Assembly: GCA_964016885.1 (NCBI GenBank)
Contig: OZ024756.1
Span: forward strand, 5,642,001 to 5,706,000
Source of the DNA: Eledone cirrhosa
Taxonomy: Eukaryota
Direction of reading: 5' to 3'
Length of the DNA stretch: 64,000 nucleotides
Shown here in pieces: positions 1 to 13,145 of this stretch. Positions within the stretch are counted from its first letter, which is position 1. Every line of letters starts with the position of its first letter. The notes beneath the pieces are model-generated. The model ran no database searches. It was not told the origin of the DNA and saw nothing but the letters and a program-made list of their open reading frames with translations. The translations under genes were made by a program, and so were the position numbers.

Positions 1-530
1 TTTTGAAGGTAAAACTGCAATCCATCAAGCAAATAGGTAGATAGGCTATGGATAGTAAGTAAATGATTGATAATATGTGAAGAATATGAAGCTATATGTT
101 CTATAAGGCCTTAGGCTACATTTGTTTCTAGTTTTATTCATATCTACATCTATTGTTACTTTATGTTTAAAATTTCTGTTTCTTATGAGCTTCCTCCATC
201 TCATTTACCTCGTCGCTGACTGTCAATCTAAATGATATAGCAGATGATGATGAAGAGTTAGCCTAAAGGAATACAATGTGGGTGAGTTAGTGCTTTGAGC
301 CAGGAGCAATTTGGGATGATTGCACCTTCTCCTACGTGATAAACAACAACAAAACAGAACAAAAATCTCACGTGAGTGGTGAAGGAGAAGAACGTCGAAG
401 AGGAGAAAAGAGAAGAGATAATATCTCGTATGTCTTAAGAAAGATTTCTTACTGTAAATGCATTGGAAATCGATACAATATGAGATATAGTATAATATAT
501 TGTATGGAACTATCTTCTCTCTCTATGTTT

Positions 531-567
<37 letters not shown>

Positions 568-995
568 TCTTTTAAAATATTGCTATAAATAGAGAGGCAA
601 AGACAGAGATCGAGAGAGGGAGAGAGAAACACATAAAGAGTGAAAAGGTGATATTTATATTGATACTTATGTGTGAATGTGTGTGGTTGTTTATCTATCT
701 TTATATATATATATGTGTGTGTGTGTGAGTGAGTGTGTTTATGTGTCTATGTGTCTGAAGAGAAATGCCAGTCACATGCTAGTGCAGATTAGAACGTAAT
801 AATTGAAGAATCGATCAATTGGTTCTATTTTTCAATCAAAAGATAAGTAGCTCTGCTAAAAGATTTTGTCATCCCTCGCAGACATTATCGATATCAGAAG
901 TAGATTGTTCCTTACTTAGACATTCTCAGAGGAAATAGTCATCTTTCCACACTATATACTGTTTCTCTGCGAAACACATGTCCATTCTTTCAATG

Positions 996-996
<1 letters not shown>

Positions 997-1092
<96 letters not shown>
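997..1092. repeat. (TATC)n microsatellite
   Basis: Perfect tetranucleotide run. Confidence 0.97.
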
Positions 1093-1612
1093 ACTTTTAA
1101 TCTCGGAGTTGTTAGCCCTTCAGCCACTGCTATAATTTCACAGCTACAATGATATATCTTTTTATAGTTTCTTTCGTCTCTCCCTCACCCCTCTCTCTTC
1201 CCCCTCCCTTCTCCTCTCTCCATCCATTTCTCTCTCGGTTGATGTATTATTCCCCTTCCATATTATGTGTTTGTTGTTAATTTCTTTTGTTTGTGGCCCT
1301 AACAATGTATGAAATGACTGTAGACTAGGCAGTACAGGAAGTACATACAAACACTGATAATGGAAAACCCTATGTAACTTAAAGTATTTTTAAGACTTAC
1401 AGCTATTGTATCATGCACTAAAACATTTATATATGTTCTTAGAAGATGTATGAAACTGATACAGAATTAACTGCAGACAGAGTCACCTGCTATAAATATT
1501 AGCATAGAAAATTGACTAAAGTAGTCACATTGATGTAAGGATAGTGGCCAGTAGATGCTACTGAGATTTAAAATATATCTATCACATTTGCAATGTTCTT
1601 TACTTATATAGA

Positions 1613-1937
1613 CAATGTACCACCGGCATCCGTGGCTCCGGTTGTTCGCAGAATTTTCTCTTTGAACCTAACTAATTCGTGGAAACCACCGCATATTCGC
1701 GGAATCATTAAATATTTTCCGCGATTCTTTAATGGCTTTTTTCGTAATAATATATATCTTTTCACGCTTTTTAGCACTAAATTAATAATAAGAATATACC
1801 ATATTTGCCAGCCTATATTTTACGTTATGTTTTGACGTTTATAGGTATTTTTATCGACCACATCCAATATTCGCGGTTGGTTGCTAAGTATTCGCGGATA
1901 CTCTAGGAACGTAAGCCTCGCGAATACCGGGTTATAA

Positions 1938-1940
<3 letters not shown>
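1613..1940. mobile_element. Probable Tc1/mariner (pogo/Tigger-like) non-autonomous element
   Basis: Left end CAATGTACCACCGGCATCCGTGG versus reverse-complemented right end CAGTTATAACCCGGTATTCGCGA. Ends in CTG|TA and has internal TATTCGCG subrepeats. Confidence 0.55.
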
Positions 1941-1970
<30 letters not shown>

Positions 1971-2029
1971 TTTAGCGAGAATCGCATTTCGGCGGGTAGA
2001 AAAGGCGAAACGAAACGCATAAATCAGAA

Positions 2030-2217
2030 ATAATTGTTTCTACTCTAGGCACAAGGCCAGCAATTACCCAGTGCATTACTGGTACTTTATTTTATCGACC
2101 CCGTAAGGATGAAAGGCAAAGTCAACCTCGGCGGGATTTGAACTCAGATCGTAAAGGGACGTAACTATGCTGGAACGCATGCCGTCCGACCCTCCACCGA
2201 TACTGCCAATCCATCGC
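2030..2217 (-). mobile_element. tRNA-derived SINE, family A (central domain resembling Meta/MESC-type SINEs)
   Basis: Minus strand has an A-box-like TGGCAGTATCGG, a B-box-like GAGTTCAAATCC and the body GCCTTTCATCCTTACGGGGTCGATAAAATAAAGTACCAG. Nine copies in the window. The domain name is from memory. Confidence 0.88.
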
Positions 2218-2369
2218 AGAAATAATGCTGGCAAGCACTCCATAAATAAACAACCAGAGCTAAACAATATGTTAAGACGCCATACATAACTGAAATAGTG
2301 GTCAAGAAAGCTTCATAGATGTATGTGTATGTATGTGTGTGTGTGCGCGTGCATGCGTAAAAGCGAAAG

Positions 2370-2670
2370 ACACAGTACAAAGTAGAAAATATGTTAGTGC
2401 AACGCTCAATTATTTACCTGTAATAATAGGGAAAAAGGATCTTAACATTTCGGACACATGTCCTTCATCAGAAGATAGAATGAGAAATAAAAGATGAAAT
2501 AGAAAGATAGATAGTGAGAAGAGGAAAACAATGAGAGAAATACAGCGTGCGTATTGAGTCAGCGATTTTGGAGAGATATGTGTGTGTATGGAGAGGTTAT
2601 ATATCTGTATGTGTGTGTGTTTATATATGGGTATGGGGGCAGTCTGTATGACCGTATGTGTCCGAGTTGG
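2370..2670 (-). mobile_element. Penelope-like element 3'/pseudo-LTR relic (approximate limits)
   Basis: Carries a minimal hammerhead preceded by a pyrimidine-rich tract and is homologous to 15620-15785. Minimal hammerheads with palindromic stem III are characteristic of PLE pseudo-LTRs. Confidence 0.5.
2439..2476 (-). ncRNA. Minimal type I hammerhead ribozyme motif (Penelope-type)
   Basis: Minus strand: AUCUU-CUGAUGA-A-GGACAUGUGUCC-GAA-AUGU-U^AAGAU. Stem I is a perfect 5 bp. Stem III AUGU is probably a decayed ACGU palindrome. Confidence 0.72.
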
Positions 2671-3212
2671 TGTGTGTGTGTCTGCATGTGTGTGTATTGG
2701 TTTGTATATATATATTTATATGTGTGTGTGTGTGTGTACGTATGACTAATATCTCAAATATAGATTGTACTGATTTCATCCCTCGTGGTTATTTTTATTA
2801 TTATTATTATTATTATTATTGGTCTGTTCGGATGTCTTTTTTGCTCGCTCCCAGTAAGTCGCTTTATTTACCTGTTATAATTATTTGTTGTTAAATGTTC
2901 TTCTTGTGTAAGGGATATAAGCCCTTGGACTTTGCCCTGTGAAGGGGAAAGTATAATATTTGGGCCTTTTGGCCCAAATATTTGAACAATATTTGAACAT
3001 TTTACTTTTAAAACTTTAAAAAAAATATAGCTGAGCCACGCCCCCCAGAAAAAAACGAAGCAAGCTAAACAGGCAGGTTAAACAAAAGAATTTACCTGGA
3101 ACTCCTGGAATTTATGGTATAATCCTGTGAAAGGTTTCTGCGACACCTAAATCAATTATACTGACAGCTTTCATAAATTAAGCTGAAGAGAGCTACAAAG
3201 GAAGCAGAGATG

Positions 3213-3214
<2 letters not shown>

Positions 3215-3271
<57 letters not shown>

Positions 3272-3272
3272 C
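3215..3272. repeat. (GA)n microsatellite
   Basis: Direct. Confidence 0.95.
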
Positions 3273-3325
3273 CTATGAACAATGTGTAAGTCTTTCATTC
3301 AGTGCATATTTAATGTGTCTATTAT

Positions 3326-3470
3326 TGGCAGTAATAGGTAGAGCGTCGGGCAACATGCTTTACAGCAACATAAAGTTACGTCCCTTTACGTTCTGAGTTT
3401 AAGTTCCGTCCAGGTTAGTTTTCCCTTTCACATCACACTGTCGTTATAATAAAATACCAGTAATGTACTG
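3326..3470 (+). mobile_element. SINE family A, degenerate and 3'-truncated
   Basis: TTGGCAGTAATAGGTAGAGCGTCGG...GTTACGTCCCTTTACGTTCTGAGTTTAAG...ACCAGTAATGTACTG. Confidence 0.78.
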
Positions 3471-3518
3471 TTGCTACTGTTCCTAATAGTGATGATGGTG
3501 GTGATGGTGATCGTGATA

Positions 3519-3703
3519 ATAATTGTTTCTACTTTAGGCACAAGGCCAGCAATTACCCAGTGCATTACTGGTACTTTATTTTATCGACCCGGTAAGGATG
3601 AAAGGCAAAGTCAACCTCGGCGGGATTTGAACTCAGATCGTAAAGGGACGTAACTATGCTGGAAAGCATGGCGTCCGACCATCTACCGTTACTGCCAATC
3701 CAC
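3519..3703 (-). mobile_element. SINE family A
   Basis: Near-identical to 2030-2217. Confidence 0.88.
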
Positions 3704-3904
3704 ATTAATTGGAAATGACAATATCAAGGACGAAAAACTTAAAAATAATATATATGAGTTGCCCCTTACATACACTTTACCATCGTTTAGCCACCAGTTA
3801 CCCTAACCATCATGCCATGCACTTTTCTCCCATGAGTACAATACCGCAATAACTCAACTACGTCACCAACTGTCTTTCTATTCTATACCTCGCTAACATT
3901 TCAC

Positions 3905-4355
3905 CCTTCTCTCTTTTTCACACACACTCTCTCATCTCTCTCTCACACGCTCTGTCTATCTCTATCTATCTGTCACTCACCCTTTCTTGCTCTCTCTCCC
4001 TCTCTCTCTCTCTCACACACCCTCTCTCTATCACTCTCTCTCTTTCTCTCACTCACTCACACACTCTCTCACTCACTCACACACTCACACACTCACACGC
4101 ACTCACACACACTCTCTCTTTCTCACACACACACTCTCCCTCTTTATTCCTCTCTTTCACACGCTCTCTTTCTCTCTCACACGCATGCATAGCCCCTTAT
4201 CTCTCACACACACGCATACTCCCCCCCCCTACACAGTCTATCTATCTTTCTCTCTCTTCACAAAGACACTCTCTCTCTTTCTTTCTCTAACTCACACTCT
4301 CTCATATTCTCTCCCTCTTTCTTTCACTCTCTTCCAAATTCTCCCTCTTTCTCTC
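3905..4355. repeat. Compound (CT)n/(CA)n low-complexity tract
   Basis: Direct. Confidence 0.9.
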
Positions 4356-4927
4356 ACCCATGCCCCCTCTTCCCCTAATCACCTCCACCTGTCCTACCTC
4401 GCCTTAATATACCTCTACCACTCCCCTAACATCCGTCACCCTTCAACCCCTGCCCGCCTGTCATTCCTTCAATGCTCTTCCCTTCTTGCCCCACCGTCAC
4501 CATTACGTCTACCTTCTACACACCACCACCCTCATAACATCCCATTCTATCAGCTCTCATCTATCAAAATCCCCCACACCCCTAGCCCTTGCCCTCCCCA
4601 TTACTCTATCATCACTGGTGCTATTTCCCATCCACCCTTCTCAAACATCCGCCCATCTACTTTATATCATGTCTTTCTCCACCTTTCATACCCCTCATAT
4701 TGATGTATGTTAAACTGCAGCTGTTGCATACTTTACTAGTTTAGCCCCTCCCATATATCTATACACGTGTACTGCAACCTAAGCACCTGTACCACGCCTA
4801 TACACCTACCTATACTATAGCCCATACATCTGTAACCTATTCACTCCTTCCTATCCCAACACATACACCTGTAACACTATTCAAATTTATGCCACAATTC
4901 ATACAAACAGTTATGTAACAAAATACA

Positions 4928-5757
4928 TCCCCCCCCCCCCCCCCCCCTACGACCTCCACCACCACCACACACCACCACCACCACCACTGCCACCACCACC
5001 ACTGCCACCACTGCCACTGTCACCACTGCCACCGCCACTACCACATACATTAGCCCCACCACCGCCGCACCGCCACCATCACCGCTACCACCACCACAGC
5101 CACCACCATCACCACTAGTGCCACCACCACCAACACCACCACCTTCACCACAGCCACTACCACCACTACCAACACCACCACCTCCACCACCGCCACCACC
5201 ATCACCACTACTACCACCACTACCAACACCACCACCTCCACCACAGCCACCACCATCACCACTACTACCACTTCCACCACCACCACCACCACCTCCACCA
5301 CAACCGCCACCACTACTACCAACACCACCACCACCACAGCCACCCCCATCACCACTACTACCACCACTACCAACACCACCACCTCCACCACAGCCACCAG
5401 CATCACCATTACTACCACTCCACCACCACCACCACCTCCACCACAGCCACCACCACTACTACCAACACTACTACCACCACCACCACCACCTCCACCACAG
5501 CCACCACCACCACCACCACCACCCTCACCACTACTACCACCACTACCAACACCACCACCTCCACCACAGCCACCAGCATCACCACTACTACCACTTCCAC
5601 CACCACCACCACCTCCACCACAGCCACCACCACAACTACCAACACTACTACCAACACCACCACCACCACCGCCACCACCACTACTACCAACACCACCACC
5701 ACCACCACCGCCACAATCAACACCATCACAACCAAGACACCACCACCACCATCATCA
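4928..5757. repeat. Poly-C followed by degenerate (CAC)n trinucleotide repeat
   Basis: Direct. Produces spurious poly-P/H/V ORFs. Confidence 0.95.
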
Positions 5758-5884
5758 CATACATCAGTACCACAACCTATACAAATGTACCACAAATCTT
5801 TAACCCACTCCGTAACATCTACCCCCGTACCGTGACACAATACGCTAATGCATGGAATTGTATATCAACTATCTACCATTGATG

Positions 5885-6045
5885 GGGGCGAATTGGCAGA
5901 GTCGTTAGAACGTCTGATATTATGTTTTATGGCATTAGTTCCAACTCTTTGTTCTCGAAGTTCAAATCCCGCCGATGAGAAATTCTGCCTTTCATCCTTT
6001 CGAGGTCGATAAAAAAAAGGTACCGCTCTAATACTGGGCTCGATT
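5885..6045 (+). mobile_element. SINE family A, diverged subfamily
   Basis: GGCGAATTGGCAGAGTCGTTAGA...GTTCAAATCCCGCCGA...GCCTTTCATCCTTTCGAGGTCGATAAAA. Confidence 0.8.
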
Positions 6046-6249
6046 CTTCCTCTATATCTCTTTCTCACTTTTATTCTCTCTCAATTTCTCCATCTTTCTC
6101 TGCAAGAAATCTGCTGTACTCAGACCTGGAGAAGGAATGGGTTCCGCAAAGCTTAAACTGCCCCAAATACGTTGTATGTCATTACGGCGCGCCGAGGGCT
6201 TCGTTAGAAGCTACGGGGGAAAGGAAAGGAAAAACAGTATAGCATCCAA

Positions 6250-6955
6250 TTGTACCACAGCGCATGCGTATGTACCAGAACGTATACACAACTGTTACAA
6301 TCGATGTATCTGTATCACTGGGTATACACCTGTACTACAACCCATACTGTAATACCACAACCTATACACCTACATCACAACCTATCACTTCTACTACAAC
6401 ACAAACATATGTACCACAGTCTATACATTTACACATCAACCTATACACTTCTACCACAGGATACACTTGTACTAACACCCATACAGTAGTAGCACAACCT
6501 ATACAACTATCTCACAACCTATTACTTCTACTCCAACACAGGCATAGGTACCAGAGGCTACACACCTGTACTACAACCTATACAGCACTATCATAACCTA
6601 TACAGGTTTATCACAACACAAACATATGTACCACGACCTATACACCTACACATCAAACAATACGCTTCTACCACAGGATATACACATATACTACAACCCA
6701 TACAGCAGTACCACAACCTATCACTTCTACTACAACACAAACATATATACCACAGGCTATTCATCTACACATCAAGCTATACACTACCACACACTATAGC
6801 TTTGTACCACAACCTATACACCTACATCACAACATATATACCTACACATCAAGCTTAACACTTCTACCACAAACTATACCATTGTACCACAAGATCTCTA
6901 CCACAACCTATACACCTACACCTCAAGCTATGTACTTCTACCACAACCTATACAT
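6250..6955. repeat. Degenerate ~19-21-bp minisatellite (consensus ~GTACCACAACCTATACACCT)
   Basis: Recurring (T)ACCACAACCTATACA and CACTTCTAC units. Related units at ~4770-4880 and ~5765-5795. Confidence 0.8.
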
Positions 6956-7689
6956 CTCAGCCATTGTGTGTATTTGAAATGTTTGTTCCGGCGGCTGAAA
7001 TACACGAAACATTAGGTTTATTAATTTTGGCTGGAAAAAAAAAAAAAGTATAATTTTGTTGTTTTTACACAAATAAATCTCTTTGATAATCTTCCTAGAC
7101 GCAGAATAATATATTCTAAAAGAAATTAATTATGGTAGAAATATGGTAGAAATATGGTAACACAAGGCTAATGATTTTGCTGTCCTGTCCGCGGGGTGAA
7201 GCCCCATTACCGCCGTGCCCGAGGCCCAGAGCCTAATCACACCCCTCATCATTCTTCTGTGACACTAGAGTCCTTACCATTTCCACCCTTTTTCCATTTG
7301 TTTTCTTTGTTTTTCTTTATATTCTCCAATGTTACTTCTCTTCTTTCTTCTCAATCTAGTTTTTGTTTCTTTTTATATTAAACTGTATTTACATGATATA
7401 TTCCATAAATAAATAAAAATTGTATTGTTATAAAAAAAATATAAATTAACAAATTTGAGTACAAAGGAATTAATTGAAGATTATGCAATTATAAACAAAC
7501 CAAATATTTTTTTCTTTCTGGTGACTCTAACGAATCAACACAACATTTATTGAATGTCTTAATATAGTTTGTTAAAATATTATTAAACAAATGAGTAACG
7601 TACCTTATTTGAACCATTCAACGTTTTAACCAAAACTGATGTATTACAACTAAATTTCACTTAACCAAACTACTTATATTAATATAAAC

Positions 7690-8163
7690 TAGCAGAAAAT
7701 CACCTTTCGGATGGTTTTCTGCTAGCATGTGTAGTGTGCATATTGATATTATATGCACATATACGTGCATTTAGATATGATATGTCAAATAAAATCGTAT
7801 TGAGAATATGCACAGAAATTGAAGTGAGACTGTGTTACACTGTCTTCTGTAATCAGTAAAGTAATCCCTGATACATTTAAAAAATACGATATTATATATA
7901 AACTACGTTAGGAGGAAATTAGCGACACAAATATAAACCTTATATAACGATGCAAATATAGGAACTTTTACATAAGCGATGTAATATGGATGCTAACCGC
8001 AAGTGAATCTTGAAATAAGCAATATAATTACTTATATTTAATCAACAGCTACGAAATGTAGTACACAGATTACATAATATTCATTCATTTTTTATTCAAA
8101 GTAATCCAACTTATTTTACTAACGGGATAAAAAAATATATTCAGGACGCAGTCCCGTACTCCT
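7690..8163. repeat. Diverged ~470-bp repeat, inverted partner at 19642-20110
   Basis: For example TTATTCAAAGTAATCCAACTTATTTTAC.AACGGGATAAAAAAA and ACTGTGTTACAC are present as reverse complements at 19642-20000. Confidence 0.85.
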
Positions 8164-8654
8164 CGCTTTAATATATTATGATGCAGGAATTTTAAAATTG
8201 CTTTGACACGATGGGGCATCGATTAAGAGGATTTGCAATATTAATATTGACTACAAAATACATTTTAGCCACTATCGCTATGAATATCTAAATTCTAGTT
8301 GCTTTCTTAATCACACATCACACATCAATAATCACATCTCAGTAGAAATATGGCATGTGGCGGGAAGAATTATATGGGTTCTTTGGAAATGGTAAGTTTT
8401 CAAAAATATCCCCTGTAATCTATACAATGTTCACATATTGTAAATAATACTTCACCTCGTGAACTATTATAAATCAAGAAACCTTTTTTATTTTTTCGAT
8501 ATGAAGAGATAATTCAGGTCTAAAAGGATTAATTGATACACTAAAATAAATAACATTTCCCATTAGAAATACGAATAATAAATACAAAAAGGAAAATATT
8601 TACCACGTTACTTTCCCTAAGTGCTGGAAATATTCATCTATTGGGCGATTGAAA

Positions 8655-9496
<842 letters not shown>

Positions 9497-9985
9497 GTTA
9501 CAGCTTTTCTACAAAAGAGCACTCAACGTGTTCAGTATATTGTTTATTTGATCTAATATTTTCCTTCTGAGACGAGTATAACAACAGGCCGACTATGTGT
9601 CGATAAAACCAGCTAAAACCAGCTAAAACCAGCTAATGGACCTTCATATTTTTTGTATGGCTGTTGTTTTCATAGTCAGCTTTCTAGACGACGCTTTGTT
9701 AAGTTGTTATTTATCATTACCATAGATTGACAATTCATTCGTTTGTTCAATTATGATTAGGTGCAATTGATTTTAATTCATTTTCCTTTGCATCAATATA
9801 ACCTCATTGATTCGTTGTCACCTGAGTGAACGTCTCTGTGAGCATGTCTGGCGATTTCGTCATCATATCCTGTTTTGCTAAAATTATTTATTTATTGCTT
9901 TTCCTTGGCTTGTATAATGGTGGCTTAACATAACAATTACCTCATCGTATATTGCTTTTCTACATCGTTACAGTGCTTATTTCAT

Positions 9986-10054
<69 letters not shown>

Positions 10055-10271
10055 GAATAATCGAGAATCGGAATATCAGCCCACGAAATCACGATAAACA
10101 AATTCGACATGCGTGGCAGAGGGGTCAATAATTTGGATAAATCAGAGCTATAACTATCGTTAAAATACCAACACATAGACAACATGCCTAAAATCACCCG
10201 TGCAGCCGAAAAAGAATGACCAGGAAGATTCGGGTCACTCAAATAAAATATCAATAAATTAATAAATTAAA

Positions 10272-10345
<74 letters not shown>

Positions 10346-10542
10346 CAACTTGTACTCTTGCGTTGTTGTTTTTCATATTCCTATATATATATATATTGTT
10401 ATACTTGGGGAGGGTCATATTTGTGTAATATTGCCAGAATTAATAACAGAACACACTCACTGTTTGGTTGGTTTTCGCTTTTCGCTTCTGTTCGACACAC
10501 GATTTCATAAATAAAAACCTCGCAAAACTATATATATATATA

Positions 10543-10815
10543 TATTGGCAACAGCTAAAGAAAATGCTGACAAATTATTCCCATGAAAGATAGTTTAATT
10601 AGGAATAAGTAAAAAATAGTAATAGTATTGGTTAGTATTCAGTTTTGGTTTTAAGTTTTGCCGGTTGCGTATTTCTAATTCTTTTCAAAAATAATTTTTA
10701 GATAGAGCGCCCGTGAATACTAACCAATAATATTACTAATTTTTACTTATTCCTAATTAAACTATTTTTCACTGTGAACAATTTGTCAGCATTTTCTTTT
10801 CCTTTTACCAATATA
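10543..10815. repeat. Diverged inverted repeat, ~100-bp arms, ~70-bp spacer
   Basis: AAAGAAAATGCTGACAAATT...TATTGGTTAGTATTCA mirrors TGAATACTAACCAATA...AATTTGTCAGCATTTTCTTT. Lies between (TA)n tracts. Confidence 0.88.
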
Positions 10816-10846
10816 TCATAACTAGTGTGTTACACCTCTATTCTTT

Positions 10847-10959
<113 letters not shown>

Positions 10960-11070
10960 AATTCATATCTAGTAACATATATATACATACAGATGCATAT
11001 CAATGCTAGCAAATATATAGGTTTTGTCTTAATAACAGTGTGGTTCAATGCATGGGGTTGCAGAACAATA

Positions 11071-11468
11071 ATATAAGAGACGTAAAATAAGAAAATTATA
11101 AAATTAACTTACTTACTAAAATATCACTTCCAACTAATTAGTTTCCGGAATGGAGTAAATATATTTTCCGAAGAATAATATAGAGAAGCATTCCGTCGTC
11201 AGGAAAGTCTATTCTCATGTAAGTTTCCAGGCAAAGCGAGGACACTGGAAACTTATTAAAAAATAATTCAGTGGATAGGAAATAGCAAAGCGTGGACTGA
11301 ATTCCAAGCCATTGAGAAAATCAATGCCTCTACGTCTGTGGCAAATTCAAAAAGAATGTTTCTCTATATTATTCTTCGGAAAATATATTTACTCCATTCC
11401 AGAAACTAATTAGTTGGAAGTGATATTTTAGTAAGTAAGTTAATTTTTAATTTTCTTATTTTACGTCT

Positions 11469-11474
<6 letters not shown>
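11071..11474. repeat. Inverted repeat, ~120-bp arms, ~160-bp spacer
   Basis: ATAAGAGACGTAAAATAAGAAAATT...CATTC at 11071-11194 mirrors GAATG...TTCTTATTTTACGTCTCTTAT at 11354-11474. Confidence 0.93.
11126..11208 (-). ncRNA. Type I hammerhead ribozyme motif
   Basis: Minus strand: ACUUUC-CUGACGA-CGGAAUG...(cUUCGg-capped extension)...CAUUCCG-GAA-ACUAAUUAGU-U^GGAAGU. Stem I has 6 bp, stem II 7 bp, and stem III is palindromic. Confidence 0.8.
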
Positions 11475-11535
<61 letters not shown>

Positions 11536-11631
11536 TGAAATTTCAGTTGGAAACAGAAAAGGTCATAGAAATGAAGAGTGCTCTATGTAAATATCAGAGC
11601 AAAATTTAATGTATAAAATCAATACAATATA

Positions 11632-11709
11632 ATTACCTCGTTACCAGAGGTTTCCCGAATGAGGCGAATACGAAATAAACGACTTCATTCGTTCGTCAGA
11701 CGAGGCAAT
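11632..11709 (-). ncRNA. Type I hammerhead ribozyme motif (left arm of palindrome)
   Basis: Reverse complement of the 11719-11796 motif, with stem I 3' strand ACGAGGUAAU (Watson-Crick where the other copy has a G-U pair). Confidence 0.8.
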
Positions 11710-11718
11710 CATTGCAAT

Positions 11719-11796
11719 ATTGCCTCGTCTGACGAACGAATGAAGTCGTTTATTTCGTATTCGCCTCATTCGGGAAACCTCTGGTAATGAGGTAAT
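11719..11796 (+). ncRNA. Type I hammerhead ribozyme motif (right arm of palindrome)
   Basis: AUUGCCUCGU-CUGACGA-A-CGAAUGA...UCAUUCG-G-GAAA-CC-UCU-G-GUA^AUGAGGUAAU. Stem I has 10 bp and stem III is ACC/GGU. Predicted cleavage after GUA at 11786. Confidence 0.8.
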
Positions 11797-11817
11797 TATA
11801 TTGTATTGATTTTATAC

Positions 11818-11933
<116 letters not shown>

Positions 11934-12191
11934 TATATATATATATATATATATTTAAAGGTTAAACAATGTTCAATGAATTAATCAAAGAATGAGTTTT
12001 ACAATAGTTTGGAAGCACTCAACAGTTATGATTTTCCAGAGTTATTAATATTAATTCAAAATATTAACAAAACTAGACAGTTCTAGTCCTGTAGAAGCTT
12101 TTCTATATTAAACATTTATACTCTGCTTTGTATTGAGTACCTTACTTACTGTGGCTACCCCCGATTGAACCCGGGATAACTTATATATATA

Positions 12192-12232
<41 letters not shown>

Positions 12233-12339
12233 TCTTTTTTTTTTCGATCGACTTTCGTCAAATGGGACCGAGGAAACAACGTTTTCGTCGGTCTTTCCAG
12301 TTGCTAATACTATCTATCGCTCGCAACTCCAGATAGAAG

Positions 12340-12456
12340 GAGCAACGTCAAATAAAGTGTCTTGCTCAAGGACATAACGCATCGCCCGGTCCAGGAATCG
12401 AACTCGCAATCTCAAGATTGTGAATCCAATTCTCTAACCACTCAGCCAAACGCCTT
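12340..12456 (-). mobile_element. tRNA-derived CORE-type SINE (family B)
   Basis: Minus strand: A box TGGCTGAGTGG, B box GAGTTCGATTCC, then CORE-like TGTCCTTGAGCAAGACACTTTATTT. Confidence 0.8.
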
Positions 12457-12481
12457 CACATATATATATATATATATATAT

Positions 12482-12517
<36 letters not shown>

Positions 12518-13029
12518 ATAAGTGTGCTTGTCTGTGTGTGTTTTCAAGTATTTGTTCATGTAACTTTTGTTAAAAGTTTGTATATCATGAAAAACACTGT
12601 TAGTACGAATGGTGTCCTTCCAAAAAGGCTATTTAAGTACTAATTTCCACAATAACTCATTTATTGCCTTCCTCTCTCCGAGTTCAAAAATTCATCAAAT
12701 TATTTGTTGTTGCATACCGTCTTTCTCTCTCTCGCACATAGCTTTAATAAATATTTCTCTCACTCTTTCAATCATCTCCACAATCATCTCCCTCTTCACC
12801 ATTTTCTACTCACAATTTATTATCTCATAATCTCTCATATGAGAAGAGATTCACCTAAATACATGCTTGACATCACAACTTGCTCTCACCTCTCCTGTCA
12901 GATTAAACAAAATTGAAATCAAATCGAAAATAAAATACTAATAAAATTATTTCTCCTATTTTTCGTCTGCTTCTTTCTTTAACTTTCTCAGTCTTTCTCT
13001 GGCTTTCTCTTGTTACCTCCTCTGCTTTC

Positions 13030-13089
13030 TCATCTATCCATCTATCTATCTCTCTACCTACCTATCTATCGCTCTACAAATCTATCCAT

Positions 13090-13145
<56 letters not shown>

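Noticed and set aside
241-287. Candidate micro-exon (CAG...GTGAGT)
   Set aside because: Stop codons in all three frames.
2955-3000. Hairpin AATATTTGGGCC-TTTT-GGCCCAAATATT and ATATTTGAACA direct repeat
   Set aside because: Real but isolated, with no element boundaries or RNA motif assignable.
3180-3225. CTGAAGA...GAAA hammerhead-like match
   Set aside because: Stem II does not close at GAAA, there is no stem I or III, and it runs into (GA)n.
3987-5882. Long ORFs (238 aa, 254 aa, poly-V)
   Set aside because: Read-through of CT/CA and CAC microsatellites, open in several frames and on both strands.
9604-9636. (TAAAACCAGC)x3
   Set aside because: Short local slippage duplication with no further context.
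12370-12456. tRNA gene
   Set aside because: The A/B boxes run into a CORE-like domain and no clean cloverleaf was seen, so it is a SINE head.
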